From the NCBI GenBank assembly GCA_012295275.1, contig CM022677.1, forward strand, positions 6,758,001 through 6,822,000: a stretch of 64,000 nucleotides of DNA, written 5' to 3'. Both the position numbers and the translations under genes were made by a program. This DNA comes from Chrysomallon squamiferum (taxonomy: Eukaryota > Animalia > Mollusca). Under the pieces are notes generated by a model. That model made no database searches, was not told the DNA's origin, and saw nothing but the letters and a program-made list of their open reading frames with translations. This document shows, one piece after another, positions 1 to 13,486 of this stretch (positions are counted from its first letter, which is position 1; every line of letters starts with the position of its first letter).

Positions 1-178
1 CAACTAAAGATTTCCAGTCACGTAGAAAGATCGGCGGGAAATATAAATATGTCGACTAGAAATTCCATCTTGAGAAAAGATCAAACCCAACGTTAGGCCT
101 ATTATTCTCACATTTCTAACTAATGCCAGTGTTTTGCACGCACATGCACAGTCATATACAAAGTCTGTTTTAAACAAG

Positions 179-212
<34 letters not shown>

Positions 213-456
213 TGATAATAATATCTGTATGTCACATCAGTTTAATGTGAAAACAATAATTCTTCTAGTACTTCAAATAGTATATTATTTGTTTTAAGAT
301 ACAACTGTTATTTAAGAAGCTTTACAAGACAACTTAGAAATGTAATAGATCTGTAATTACCCGCGTCATTTTTTATCAACCTTAGAAAAAGAATGGGAAT
401 TAGTCAATGCAAAATGGGCTATGGACATAGAGATTTCAGCAGTTGTTATCTACATC

Positions 457-488
<32 letters not shown>

Positions 489-501
489 TCAGCAGTTGTT
501 A

Positions 502-543
<42 letters not shown>

Positions 544-1225
544 TTATACATGTGATTGGGTTTTTTTTTTCTGTATTTATGCATATTCATAGAATTAGAA
601 AACGCTTTGGCTTAGGAATTTTATTTTATTGTCAAAAATAATCATTTTCTAATTTTATTCGAATTTATTTAATCTGCTCCGGTTGAGCTTTAAGCCCAAT
701 TCGCTAGTTTTCTGCTGTTTTTCACTAAACATTTATTCATCAACATAAAACCTTTTAAAATTGAATACAGAAGCAATCGGGATTGTACAGAAATAAACTT
801 CTAGAAAAATGCATTTATAAATATTTTTAAAACATTTTAAAAACTGTTTATATGGTATCCTTTTTATATATCTATAAATAAAAGTGTAAGCTCTCAAAAC
901 ATTATTTTACAAACACACCACCGCACTGGCTGCTACACCATCATATTTTGTATACACAAGAATGTATATCGCCAAATATAACAATATCGTTATTAAACCT
1001 GCTTTTTTTTTCTATCAAAAAGTTCGCCTCATTGAATGACCTTGTATCGAATGTTCTGTTACAGTTGTCCCCCTTCGCAAAGATGCAATATTTTTTTTTT
1101 TTATATATATATCTCGTGACAATGCAGGTACCTGTGTGTGAACGTGGAGTGTGATATATATATATATATATACTAGTGGTAATATAGGCAATATCGATGA
1201 AGATTATTATTTAATTAATGTATTC

Positions 1226-1281
<56 letters not shown>

Positions 1282-2358
1282 TAATTATTAAAATAAATCA
1301 TGTAGACTGTCTAAAACATTTTTATGAGGATGCTAATGATCTACCTTTTATTTTTTATTTTGTCTTGGAAGTGAACACCTTCCAATATTTCTTTTGTTTA
1401 ATGTATATTTTTTAATGCAGGAAAATTTGTAAATCACATGAATAGAAGTTTAAATGTTTAACAAAAAATGTAAAGAAAGCTAAGAAAGGGTCTAGAAATG
1501 GAAAAGTGATGAGTTAATTTTACTTCTATTCTTTCATTACATTAATTAAAAGGTGTACATCAGCGCAAGTTGTATAGTGTACATTTCTTATTATACCTGA
1601 AGTTCTCTTACTACATTAGATATTAATATAACCGCTCCACCAGTAATAATCTAGATAACAATGAAGCAGACACCATGGTTGTCAAAGTCCTCCCTTTTTC
1701 AATACCTAAATAACAACAACAACAACAGTAATAACACCTTAATATTTTTATTTTTTATTTTTCTCTAAAAGCGCACTCTTCCTATATGTTTGACGCTATT
1801 CTCTTAGTTTCATTAGAACTGTTCTGAAAACGGAATATAAAAATTACTTCGCATTTTTTATTAGGCCTCGTAAAGTTATCAGATAAATCAGATTTATTCT
1901 TAGTGTATTGTTTCTGTCGAGATAAAAACTAAATACTTCTTTTTAAAAAAGTATATAATAATGATAATAATGATTTATTTATAATGTAATTACATGAGAA
2001 ATCGTGAACTTTTATCAAAACCACAGTTAACTAAAGAATATCGCTATTTGCACTGATAATATTACCCAAAAATAAGACCCTTGTTTTATCATGTCTCTGT
2101 TATTTATATGGCATTTTAACATTATATTAATTAGAGATTATCGGTTATATTATAGAATAAATATGGAATTTCATTCTCGATTATTAACTTACTTTTAGAT
2201 GTGTTTAAGAAAAATTAATGATATATTCTTAATTACATAATTTGATAAATACTAGCTGAATTTTAGATTAATTATGTAATTTCATCTAGAGAGAGAGATG
2301 TAACTTGTGTCGCGGAATGTCATGTTAATAAAACACATTATCACATAGGAGGAAAGGT
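1..2358 (+). repeat. Segmental duplication block A; near-identical inverted copy at 30616-32924 and diverged direct copy within 25186-30090
   Basis: Position 1 caactaaagatttccagtcacg is the reverse complement of 32903-32924. 2281-2358 is the reverse complement of the sequence starting at 30616. The ORF track gives matching peptides (393+/32350-/25208+ and 1218+/31568-/25635+). Confidence 0.95.
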
Positions 2359-2439
2359 CCCAAAATAAATAGTTGGGTTTTTTAAAGATGTTATTTGATT
2401 CAGATGGACATTTTTATATTTAATCATATGAAAATTATT

Positions 2440-2560
2440 TAAACATATTAAAATATATTTAATCATATCAACATATATTTAATCATATCAAAATATACTT
2501 AATCATATCAAAATATACTTAATTGTTTCAAACTATATTTAATTATATCTGAATATATTT
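2440..2560. repeat. 20-bp tandem repeat (aatcatatcaaaatatactt), about 6 copies
   Basis: 20-bp periodicity is directly visible at 2461-2520. A paralogous array lies at about 29475-29570. Confidence 0.85.
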
Positions 2561-3589
2561 GTCTTAAACGTTTTATTTGCTACTATGTAGCTACATACTT
2601 ACCTTCTAATTAACGGTTCTATTTTGTAAACTCTTCAGAACATGAAATATATTTCATTATTTTCTGCAAGTGATTATGTGCGTGTGTGCGTGTGTCTGTC
2701 TGTGTGTCCATATCTATCTCTATAAAAATGTAACCGTATCTTATTTAAATTTATTTTGTGAATATGAATGTGTAAGTAAAGTGCCTTTTGAAAACTGCGA
2801 ATGTGAAAAAGGACTCAATATTTGTATTGAAATGTACGCAAACTAATAAAAACATGTTCCTTATATCAATTCAGGTCTTTTGTTTTATGATTTACAGTCA
2901 GCGATCAAGTGGGTTAAGAGAATTTACATTATCCTCACTTGAAGAAATCACAGTTGTTTTCACACGAGTGTTCACAATAATCATGTTCTATGAAAAGGGA
3001 TATGTGCACTTGTTTAACCAACACAGCACTGATTTTCTGAGACTACCGAGTTCAAGATTAATAAACTGTAATGAAAATTACAAACAACTTTTCTTGCGTT
3101 CAAATCCTATACTAAAATGCATTATTATTACTATTTCTATTAATATCACCATAGTTGCTGTCCTTGTTCCTAGCTTTGTTGCTGTAATTCTCATTATTGT
3201 TTTGCGCTTTTTATTAGTCATTACATTTTCTGAGTGTTAAATTGTATTATTGTAATTTCTATTAATGTCGCCGTCGTTGCCGTCGTACCGGCATAGTTCC
3301 TAACGTAGTTATTAGAGTGCTTCTCGTTGTTCTTCTTTGTTTTTTATCACCTAGTATTATTATTTCTGAGCGTGCGCATCTTGTATTAAAATATATTATT
3401 AATATATCTTTATTATTAGTGTTAACGTTGGAGACGCTGCTGTTGTACCTGTGTTGTCCTTCAAGGCTTGGTGTTTATTATTCTTTTTCGCATTTTACGA
3501 TTCTTACTTTCCTACAGTGCATATCCAGTATTGAAATTACTGTTATTATTACTGATATTACCACTAATTTACTGCTATTTCTACTAATC

Positions 3590-5245
3590 TGCCGCCATTT
3601 CTTTATCGATACTATCGCCATTACTACTAATCTCTCACTGTTACTTCAGCAATACTACTTCTGGTACTACTAATGTGTCACTGTTACTTCAGCAATACTA
3701 CTTCTATTACTATTAATCTGTCAGTTACTTCATCGATACTTTTGATATTACTACTAATCTGTCACTGTTACTGCGTGAATACTATTGTTATTACTACTAA
3801 TCTGCCTGTATTACATCAGTGATACTACTCATATTACTACTAATCTACAAGTGTTACTTCAGCGATACTACTATTATCACTACTTACTTTAGTGATACTA
3901 CTGATATGTCACTGTTACTTCAGTGATATACTATCGATATTACTGCTAATCTGTCACTGTTACTTCAGCAATATTACTGCTATTACTACTAATTTGTCAC
4001 TGTTACTTCAGCGATACTACTGCTGCTATTGTTACTAATCTACTATTGCTATTGTTACTAATCTACCATTGTTATTCAGCGATACTACTGATATTACTAC
4101 TAATCACTTTTACTTCAGCAATACCACTGCTATTATTACTAATCTATCAGTTACTTCAGCCATACTACGCTATTATTACTAATCTATCAGTTACTTCAGC
4201 CATACTACGCTATTATTACTAATCTATCAGTTACTTCAGCCATACTACGCTATTATTACTAATCTGTCACAGTTACTTCAGCCATACTACGCTATTATTA
4301 CTAATCTGTCACAGTTACTTCAGCCATACTACTGCTATTACTACTAATCTGTCACTGTTATTGTTACTTTCAGCCATACTACTGATATTACTACTAATCT
4401 GTCACTGTTATTTCAGCCATACTACTGCTACTAATCTATCAGTTAATTTCAGCCATACTACGCTGCTATATTACTAATCTGTCACTGTTATTTCAGCCAT
4501 ACTACTGCTATTACTACTAATCTGTCACTGTTATTTCAGCCATACTACTGCTATTACTACTAATCTGTCACTGTTATTTCAGCCATACTACTGCTATTAC
4601 TACTAATCTGTCACTGTTATTTCAGCCATACTACTGCTATTACTACTAATCTGTCACTGTTATTTCAGCCATACTACGCTATTACTACTAATCTGTCACT
4701 GTTATTTCAGCCATACTACTGCTATTACTACTAATCTGTCACTGTTATTTCAGCCATACTACTGATATTACTATATCTGTCACTGTTATTACTAATAGCC
4801 ATACTACTACTACTAATCTGTCACTGTTATTTCAGCCATACTACTGATATTACTACTAATCTGTCACTGTTATTTCAGCCATACTACTGATATTACTACT
4901 AATCTGTCACTGTTATTTCAACCATACTACTACTATTATTACTAATCTAACCATACTACTGACTATTACTACTAATCTGTCACTGTTATTGTACTGTCAT
5001 TAATTAGTTTATTTCAGCCATACTACTATATTACTACTAATCTGTCACTGTTATTTTCACCATACTACTGATATTACTACTAATCTGTCACTGTTATTTC
5101 AACCATACTACTGATATTACTACTAATCTGTCACTGTTATTTCAACCATACTACTGATATTACTACTTATCTGTCACTGTTATTTCAACCATACTACTGA
5201 TATTACTACTAATCTGTCACTGTTATTTCAACCATACTACTGATA
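3590..5245. repeat. 43-bp minisatellite (gatattactactaatctgtcactgttatttcagccatactact)
   Basis: Period 43 counted at 5101-5143. Units are degenerate at the left end and homogeneous at the right. Confidence 0.95.
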
Positions 5246-5499
5246 TATAAATGGAATATAAAACATGCATTATAACTTTTGAAATGTGCTGTTTAATGCT
5301 TTACTGTTGTGGTTATCAATATACCTAATGTAATTCATTAGCCATAAATTTCCACTAAAATTAACAAAAAAACTTTTTTTTTTTTTTTTATGTTGTTGTT
5401 TTTTTTTTTTTTTTTTTTTAAGAGAAATCCTTAAATATATTAAAAATGAATTAAATATTCTTTAATTGCGCTTGAATATTAAATGTTTTAATTTTAAGG

Positions 5500-5934
5500 T
5501 CATTAGAAAGTGCGGCCAATTCTTCTCAAGTTCAATGTTGGAAGAATGATTTATGAAAGGATCTCTAATGCAATCATACTTTTCTGTCTTTAATGACGGA
5601 AATTTATTGTTGATGCTTTCGTCCAGGGCTGTCAGATGAGTAAACACAATAGGGATCACTTCTCTAATGCAGGTAGAACGCAATAAAGGGAACATATAAA
5701 GGTTGACAGTGATTGCTCTTTTTTTCCCAAATCACTATTTTCTTTTTGAGGGCAACTAACTTGTCTGTTGAAGTGAGAAGATTTTCGTTTTTACCTTGCA
5801 TTCTACTGTTTGTTTTATTTTGGGATCACGTGGTTTTTCGCATTTTCTTAGTGTGCCGTTCAAAATTTTGCGGCACACATAGGAAGATCTCGTGGCACAC
5901 CTGTGCGCCGCGGCACACTGGTTGAGAATCACTG
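5500..5934 (-). mobile_element. Internally deleted hAT (Buster/Charlie-type) DNA transposon relic
   Basis: The minus-strand terminus CAGTGATTCTCAACCAGTGTGCCGCGG at 5934 is flanked by aatTAatg (NNNTANNN pattern). The frameshifted translation MQGKNENLLTSTDKLVALKKKIVIW/NLYMFP...HLTALDESINNKFPSLKTEKYDCIRDPF resembles the ZBED5/FAM200/SCAND3 transposase C-terminal region. Confidence 0.85.
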
Positions 5935-6568
5935 AATTAATGTTATACTAATCATGTTATAAAGCAGAATATTGATAAACATTATTTACACCTCAAAGTA
6001 TTTGTGTAAACTGTGTAAACAAATATAAATTGATTGACAAGATAAATATATGTAATTATTTAAAATCATATTACAAAAATCATTTTTAAAATCTCTAATA
6101 ATGCTTGAAGGAGGCACTGGATTGGAAAATGGATGAAAAAAAAAAAAAAAAATAAATAAAGAAATGCATAGCTTAATTTATGTGTTTGTTGTGTATGTGT
6201 GTTTTTGTATGCAAATGTGTGCACCAACACACACCAATGTAAACACAAACCATGGATTTATATATATTTTATTTATACTCGTCAATATTCAGTCGATTTT
6301 CAGAAGTTTACCTCTATCAGACAGTGTGTAAGCGCATGCGTGCATGTGTATGTATGTGTATGACGGATAGATAGATAGATCAGATAGATCCTGAAGTCAC
6401 TATCAGTAATTGCAATATATGATCACTAGATAAGTTTCTATATTTTCAGTCAGTAAACAAAAACAATGTTACTTTTTTTAATATTTAATTACCAGTTTAA
6501 TCTTAAAAGCCCCTAGTGCCTGTACAAAGTTCAGCCTGTGTTTATCAGTAGCTCCATCCATATGCAGG

Positions 6569-6762
6569 ACAGACAGTCGGTGTGTGGGTGACTAGGGCAG
6601 GGGGGTGGATAGGATAAAAACGGGTGAGCTTAGGGTCCCGGACAGAAAAGGTGAGTTGAACACATGCCCTCCCGCCCTTACCCCGGAAGCACGGGCTGTC
6701 TGCCAGGGGAAAGTGTTCTCACCCATTTTTATCTCTCCGCCCCCTGCACACCGACTGTCTGT
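6569..6762. mobile_element. GC-rich palindromic MITE-like element
   Basis: Outer arms are acagacagtcggtgtg (6569) and cacaccgactgtctgt (ends 6762). Inner arms gcaggggg..gataaaaacgggtgag and ctcacccatttttatc..ccccctgc are reverse complements. Confidence 0.65.
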
Positions 6763-6867
6763 GCCCCCCTCAGACAGATTGTGAAGGTACAGAACCAAGT
6801 TGAAACTTTAAAACGATCGAATCTCGGCATTTTTCGAGGTTCCATTTATCCCATATGGATAATTAGC

Positions 6868-7790
6868 GTAGTAAGCTTAGTGAGTACATCTCACGTAAGG
6901 CTAAAGTTGCGAGCACATATCACTAAAGGGAGATAACTCTAATCGATATAATTTTTACTTTATTTAGTGAGTACATGCCACGTAAGGGAGATAACTGTAA
7001 TGGATACAATTTTCACTTTGCTTAGTGAGTACATCTCACATAAGGGACATAACTCTAATCTATGTTTGTGAACACATATCACTAAAGGGAGATAAGTCTA
7101 ATCGATATAATTTTTAATTTGTTTACTGAGTACATCTCATGTAAGGGACCTAACTCTAATCTATGTTTGTGAGCACATATCACTAAACTGTAATCAATAT
7201 AGCCTTTACTTTGCCGAGTAAACTCCTCCCACCTCTGGTGACACATGACGGGGTATGACCCATGTTATATATAAAGAAAGTGATGTTTCCACAATATTTC
7301 GTAGATGAATCTGGAATCGGAAAGTACTGCTGATGTCTCCAAAAACGCTGAGATTCAATCCCACGATCTCACACACATGAACATGCTTACAAGAAACATT
7401 ATAGTTTCAACTTGGTTCAGTACCTTCACAAGCTGTGTGAGGGTGGGGTACTAGGGCAGGGGTGCAGAGACCATGCGTTTTTATTTCATAAACTATTTTT
7501 TTTTATTGTTCTGCTGTTACAATCTTCTATTATGTGAATAATGTTTTTATTAGAATTATTTTTTCTTAACTTCGCTGAATAATTAAATAGCATTTCTTTA
7601 GCACTTAACTAAATGAATTAAATGAAACAGAAATCTAAATTAGAAACTACATCATTATTCTTTTTTATTTCATTTTTCAAGATAACTCTAATCGATATAA
7701 TTTTTACTTTATTTAGTGAGTACATCTCACGTAAGGGAGATAACTCTAATCGATATAATTTCCACTTTGCTTAGTGAGTACATCTCACGA
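6868..7790. repeat. About 58-bp AAGGGAGATAACTCT-core repeats in two clusters (6868-7220 and 7681-7790), with an interleaved local duplication (7365-7530 repeated at 7790-7950)
   Basis: The unit agggagataactctaatcgatataatttttactttatttagtgagtacatctcacgta recurs with period 58 between 6931 and 6989. Confidence 0.8.
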
Positions 7791-7949
7791 TGTCACACAT
7801 ATGAACATGCTTACAAGAAACATTAAAGTTTGAATTTGTTTCAGTACCTTCACAAGCTGTGAGGGTGAGGTACTAGGGCAGGGGGGTAGGGGCCATGCGT
7901 TTTTATTTCTTAAATTATTTTTTTTTTTTATTGTTCTGCTGTTACAATC

Positions 7950-9157
7950 TTTTTCATGTTAAAGGGAGATAAATCTATAGAGGAATATGTTCGTTTTAAC
8001 CTGAATAATCAAGCAGAAAAATGTAACAAAGGGGACATAACTCTATATAGGAATATGTTCGTTTTAACCTGAATAATCAAGGAGAAAAATGTAAAAAAGT
8101 GGACATAACTCTATCCGAGAGGTTATTCGTTTCCATGTGAAAGGGAGATAACTCTATATAGGAATATGTTCGTTTTAACCTGAATAATCACGAAGAAAAA
8201 TGTACCAAAGGGGACATAACTCTATCCGAGGTTATTCGTTTTCATGTTAAAGGGAGATAACTCTATATAGGAATATGTTCGTTAACCTGAATAATCAAGA
8301 GAGAAAAATAACTCTAAGGGGTTATTCGTTTTTCATCTTAAATATTAACTCTATATAGGAATATGTTCGTTTTAACCTGAATAATCACGAAGAAAAATGT
8401 ACCAAAGGGGACATAACTCTATCCGAGGTTATTCGTTTTCATGTTAAAGGGAGATAACTCTATATAGGAATATGTTCGTTTTAACCTGAATAATCAAGAA
8501 GAAAAATGTACCAAAGGGGACATAACTCTATCCGAGGTTATTCGTTTTCATGTTAAAGGGAGATAACTCTATATAGGAATATGTTCGTTTTAACCTGAAT
8601 AATCACGAAGAAAAATGTACCAAAGGGGACATAACTCTATCCGAGGTTATTCGTTTTCATGTTAAAGGGAGATAACTCTATATAGGAATATGTTCGTTTT
8701 AACCTGAATAATCAAGGAGAAAAATGTAAAAAAGTGGACATAACTCTATCCGAGAGGTTATTCGTTTCCATGTGGAAGGGAGATAACTCTATATAGGAAT
8801 ATGTTCGTTTTAACCTGAATAATCACGAAGAAAAATGTACCAAAGGGGACATAACTCTATATTGGAATATGTTCGTTTTAACCTGAAAAATTAAGGAGAA
8901 AAATGTAAAAAAGGGGATATAACTCTATATAGGAATATGTTCGTTTTAACCTGAATAATCAAGGAGAAAAATGTACCAAAGGGGACATAACTATCCGAGG
9001 TTATTCGTTTTCGTGTTAAAGGGAGTTAAATCTATATAGGAGTATGTTCGTTTTAACCTGAATAATCAAGGAGAAAAATGTAAAAAAGTGGACATAACTC
9101 TATCCGAGAGGTTATTCGTTTCCATGAGGAAGGGAGATAACTCTATATAGGAATATG
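7950..9157. repeat. 109-bp dimeric satellite of two AAAGGG(A/G)(G/AC)ATAACTCT subunits (about 43 + 66 bp)
   Basis: accaaagggg occurs at 8401 and 8510 (period 109). An inverted subunit copy lies at about 9272-9335. Confidence 0.9.
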
Positions 9158-9771
9158 CAAGAATTGTGTTCTACAGTATAGTTTTGTCCGAGAAAGAAAG
9201 AGAAAGAAATGAATATTTGTTATATTGAATAAAATAGTTCTTAATAATAGTTACCAGCGAATATATTCACAAATAGAGTTATTTCCCTTTAATATGAAAA
9301 CGAATACTTTCTCGGATGGAGTTATCTCCCCTTTCTTACATTAAAAAAGGGTTTATCAGAATTACTTGATATGAAATCAATTTGTGGAAATATGTGAATA
9401 GAAGATTCATCAAAGTTTGTGAAAATATTTAATGTAATAAAAAATGTATTATTGATTCATTATGCCACTATTTGTTATTTTTCGTTTAATATTATTATCA
9501 AAATTATCAAACAATTATTTAATAATTTAATATATATTCTTAAAATATAATTTCATATCATTTCTTTAGCACTTAACTAAATGAATTAAATGAAACAGAA
9601 ATCTAAATTACAAAATACATCATAATTTTTTATTTATTTCCTTTTTCAAAATTTGTTTTGTTGTTGTTAATGTTGTTATCCATTATCATCGTTATATTCA
9701 TTCCTATTAATAATGGACAACAGTTATTTGCCTTAGACTACTTTGACTATGAAATTGACTAATTATTATTA

Positions 9772-9809
<38 letters not shown>

Positions 9810-10182
9810 TCTCTATTTGTGCATTCTTAGTTTATTTCATATATTTAAAATGTTTCTTTACTAAAAACTTAATATTTATTCATTTATACTATTCAGAATA
9901 AAAATAAGAATTTAAATTTATTACGACATTCCATTTTGATACGTGAAAATTTGTATATATTATTTATTATGATTAGAGAAAGAGAGATTTGGGTTTCACT
10001 ACGACTAAGATTGTACGTTTTCATGAAAATTTCATTTCACTGTAAAAATGTAGCATAAAAATTTCAGTTACATATAAATACTGTTTTTCTGCGATTTCAT
10101 ACTGACACATTTAAATTTCACAGATATAATGATTTCTAGAGCGCGGAATGTAACATCAATTCAGGTGTTTAAAAGTGTAATT

Positions 10183-10227
<45 letters not shown>

Positions 10228-10409
10228 ATCTTTCTTTCTTTATTTTTGTTTTTATTTTTGTTGTTGATATTATTGCTAACACTGTTTTTTTTTTTACTGT
10301 GGTACATAATTATTACTATTTTTATTATTGTTATTATTGCTAATATTGGTGTTATAGCTGTTGCTTTTGCTGTTGGTTAATTTTGCTTTAGGCAGAATTG
10401 ATAAGTTTG

Positions 10410-11212
10410 TGTGGAGAGAAGAAAGCGAGTTACAGAGAGAGTTAGAGAGAAAAAGACAGAGACCGACAAAAACACACGGAGAGAGATACAGACAGAGACA
10501 GAAAGATAGACAGAGAGAGAAAGAGAGACAGAGACACAGATAGAGTGTCATAGAGATATAGACAGTCAGAGAGACAAAGAGAGAAAGACAGTGAGAGAGA
10601 CAGAGACACAGATAGAGTGTCAGAGAGATACAGACAGTCAGAGAGACAAAGAGAGAAAGACAGTGAGAGAGACAGAGAGATAAAGAGAGAGACAGATGGG
10701 ACTGAGAGAGACAGAGGGAGAAAGAGACACAGAAAAAGAGACAGGGACATAGGGAGACAGAGAGAGAGAGATAGACAGGGAGAGAGACAGAAATACCGAG
10801 AGTCAGAGAGAGAAAGAGAGATAAAGAGATATAGCAGAGAGAAAAAGAGATTCAGAGACAGATAGAGACAGAGAGAGAATGAGAAATTCTGAGAGAGACA
10901 GAGACAGAGGGAGAAAGAGAGATTCAGAGAGAGACAGAGAGGTATAGAGAGAGACCGAAAAAAAAAAACACTGAGAGAGACAGAGTCACAGAGTGAAAGA
11001 GGTAGACACAGAGAAAGAGAGAAATGAGAGAGACAGTGATAGAGGGAAAGAGAGACAGAGAGAGCAAGTCAGACAGAGAGAGATAGACACAGAGACTGAG
11101 AGAGTCACACAGAGAGACAGATATAGACAGAGAGAGACAGAGATAGAGAGAGAAAGAGAGAAAAGAGAAAGAGATAGAGGGTAAGAGAAAGTGAGAGACA
11201 GAGAGAAAGAGA
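10410..11212. repeat. AG/AGAC low-complexity purine-rich tract
   Basis: Degenerate (ag)n/(agac)n sequence. It produces the spurious RE-rich and LS-rich ORFs. Confidence 0.9.
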
Positions 11213-11771
11213 CTAACCATTAAGAAAATACTAATCATTAACCAAATACTAACATTTAACAAATACTAACCATTACTAACATCCCCTACGTGTACTAAAC
11301 CTCACCGTGGTGTATGTGTGGCAACATTTCCAAAGGGAATGGCTAATTAGTACATTAACATAACATTATTTTGGTTAGATAGATAGATAGATAGATAGAT
11401 AGATTATGATAGATAAATAGAAATACCTACATACAGATATAGTTACTGAAGATAGATGAACAGATGGATACATAGCGTATTGCTACTTTTTCTAATTTCG
11501 AATAGTGTCATTACTTTGAAAGCTCTTTCTATATACAGATAGACAGACAGGCCAACAGAGCATAGACAGAAGTGTATGTACTTAAGAATAAGTTATGACA
11601 TATTAAATATCTCACTCTGGCTTTCTTTCTCTCTCACTCTCCAAATTACTCATCCTTACTTACCTGCATATTTCTATCTATCTATCTGTCTATCTATATA
11701 TTTGTTTTATTTCATCATCAGTTTCTCTGGCTATTTGTCTATCTATGTATCTGTCTGTCTGTTTATAACTA

Positions 11772-11806
<35 letters not shown>

Positions 11807-11811
11807 ATATA

Positions 11812-11848
<37 letters not shown>

Positions 11849-11871
11849 AAAAATAATTATTATTTCTATTA

Positions 11872-12016
11872 CATTTTATTATTGTATCTACAGGAAATAC
11901 AAGATTCTGGAATCAGCTTCAGTTACAAGAATAGGGAGAAAAATTTAAGCAGATGAGGTGTCTACTGATATGGAACAATTATTATTCACAAAAGATGGAT
12001 TTTTCTTTCCAAAGCA
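11872..12016 (+). repeat. Inverted duplicate of an acceptor plus exon-like segment at 14985-15108
   Basis: gatatggaacaattattattcacaaaagatggattttt (about 11968-12005) is the reverse complement of about 14996-15033. Both copies begin with tctacag|gaaa. Confidence 0.8.
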
Positions 12017-12118
12017 GTTTCCTAACCTATCAATCTATTTTTCAAGCGATCAATACGTCTAACTATCTCTACATCAAGCTATCTTACCCTCTCGGTTACA
12101 AATAGCACAGTCTATTTT

Positions 12119-12206
<88 letters not shown>

Positions 12207-12408
12207 TTACGTATACACTCTCTCTATTTATATCATATTTAATTATTTAAATACATTCTTTTTATCTATTTATCTATCTATAAATATATTTATTTATCTA
12301 TCTATTTATCCCATATACATAAGCAACAGACTCGGTCTTTCTTACAGGATGCAGTATATACTCATGCCTAGCTTTCTTCTGTCTATCAATTTACCTCTCT
12401 ATCCACCC

Positions 12409-12452
<44 letters not shown>

Positions 12453-12516
12453 CTAATCATCTTTAAACACAAATAAATTATCATTACTATACACGTTATG
12501 TATGTGTGTGTATATA

Positions 12517-12560
<44 letters not shown>

Positions 12561-13018
12561 AACCCATTTCTTAACACACATGTCTATCTATATGTCTGTC
12601 AGTCTGTCTACAAATCAATCTACCAAACTAGTAACATACCTACATATCAGTTTATCTCTCTAGCTTATACATCTATTTTTCAATAACCATCTATCAATAA
12701 TATGTCCAGCTCTCTGAATATCTAACTATATACTACTTCAAACCTCACTATCTTGCTGAATATGTCTGTCTATGTAATCTATCTGTATTTATTTATGTGT
12801 GTGTATTTATACAGAGATAATCTATCTGTATTTACCTCTGTATATCTGTCTGTATAATCTATCTGTATTTATATCTGTCTGTATATATATATCTGTATTT
12901 ATCTCTGTATATCTATCTACATAATCTATTTGTATTTATTTCTATATATCTATAAATATCTGTATATCTGTATATATATATTTATATTTATATATATATA
13001 TATAAATATATATCTGTA

Positions 13019-13054
<36 letters not shown>

Positions 13055-13425
13055 ATCTATCTGTATTTATCTCTGGATATCTACCTTTAAGTTATCAGTT
13101 CATCACTAACTCAAACACAGATCCAATCCTTTCTGTTTTCTGTCTGCCTCTGTGTGTATTTATCTATGTACATATACATGATCATATCCACTTTACCATC
13201 ATATATGCTTCCACCTATCTATTTATCCATCCATTGAACTCTAAGGAAATGCCTCCCTATATATATTTCTCCATCCATCAATAACAATCCATTGAATCAG
13301 ATATTCATCTTCCTGACTATCTCCCTAAATTATTATAACTACGTTTTATATCTATCTTTCTGTGTTACTGTCCATTTATAACTCTCATTCACAATTCCCT
13401 TATTTAGTGATCCTTATCAATCACT

Positions 13426-13486
<61 letters not shown>

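Noticed and set aside
393-641. ORF conserved in three copies (MGISQCKMG...GILFYCQK)
   Set aside because: Conservation reflects recent DNA duplication. It spans a (CA)n tract and the N-terminal frame differs in the 25208 copy.
2788-3673. Hydrophobic 150-aa and 118-aa ORFs as membrane proteins
   Set aside because: They arise from T-rich low-complexity leader and degenerate array sequence, and show no family motif.
3590-5245. CRISPR-like array with leader and polarity (also 20575-22128 and 40875-41930)
   Set aside because: Units are contiguous with no unique spacers, there are no cas genes, and the context is eukaryotic. These are minisatellites.
6569-6762. tRNA, SINE or pre-miRNA
   Set aside because: I recognise no A/B boxes or cloverleaf. 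The long arms and related copies nearby fit a DNA-element palindrome better.
10129-11262. RE-rich and LS-rich ORFs
   Set aside because: They are translations of AG/AGAC simple repeats, open on both strands.
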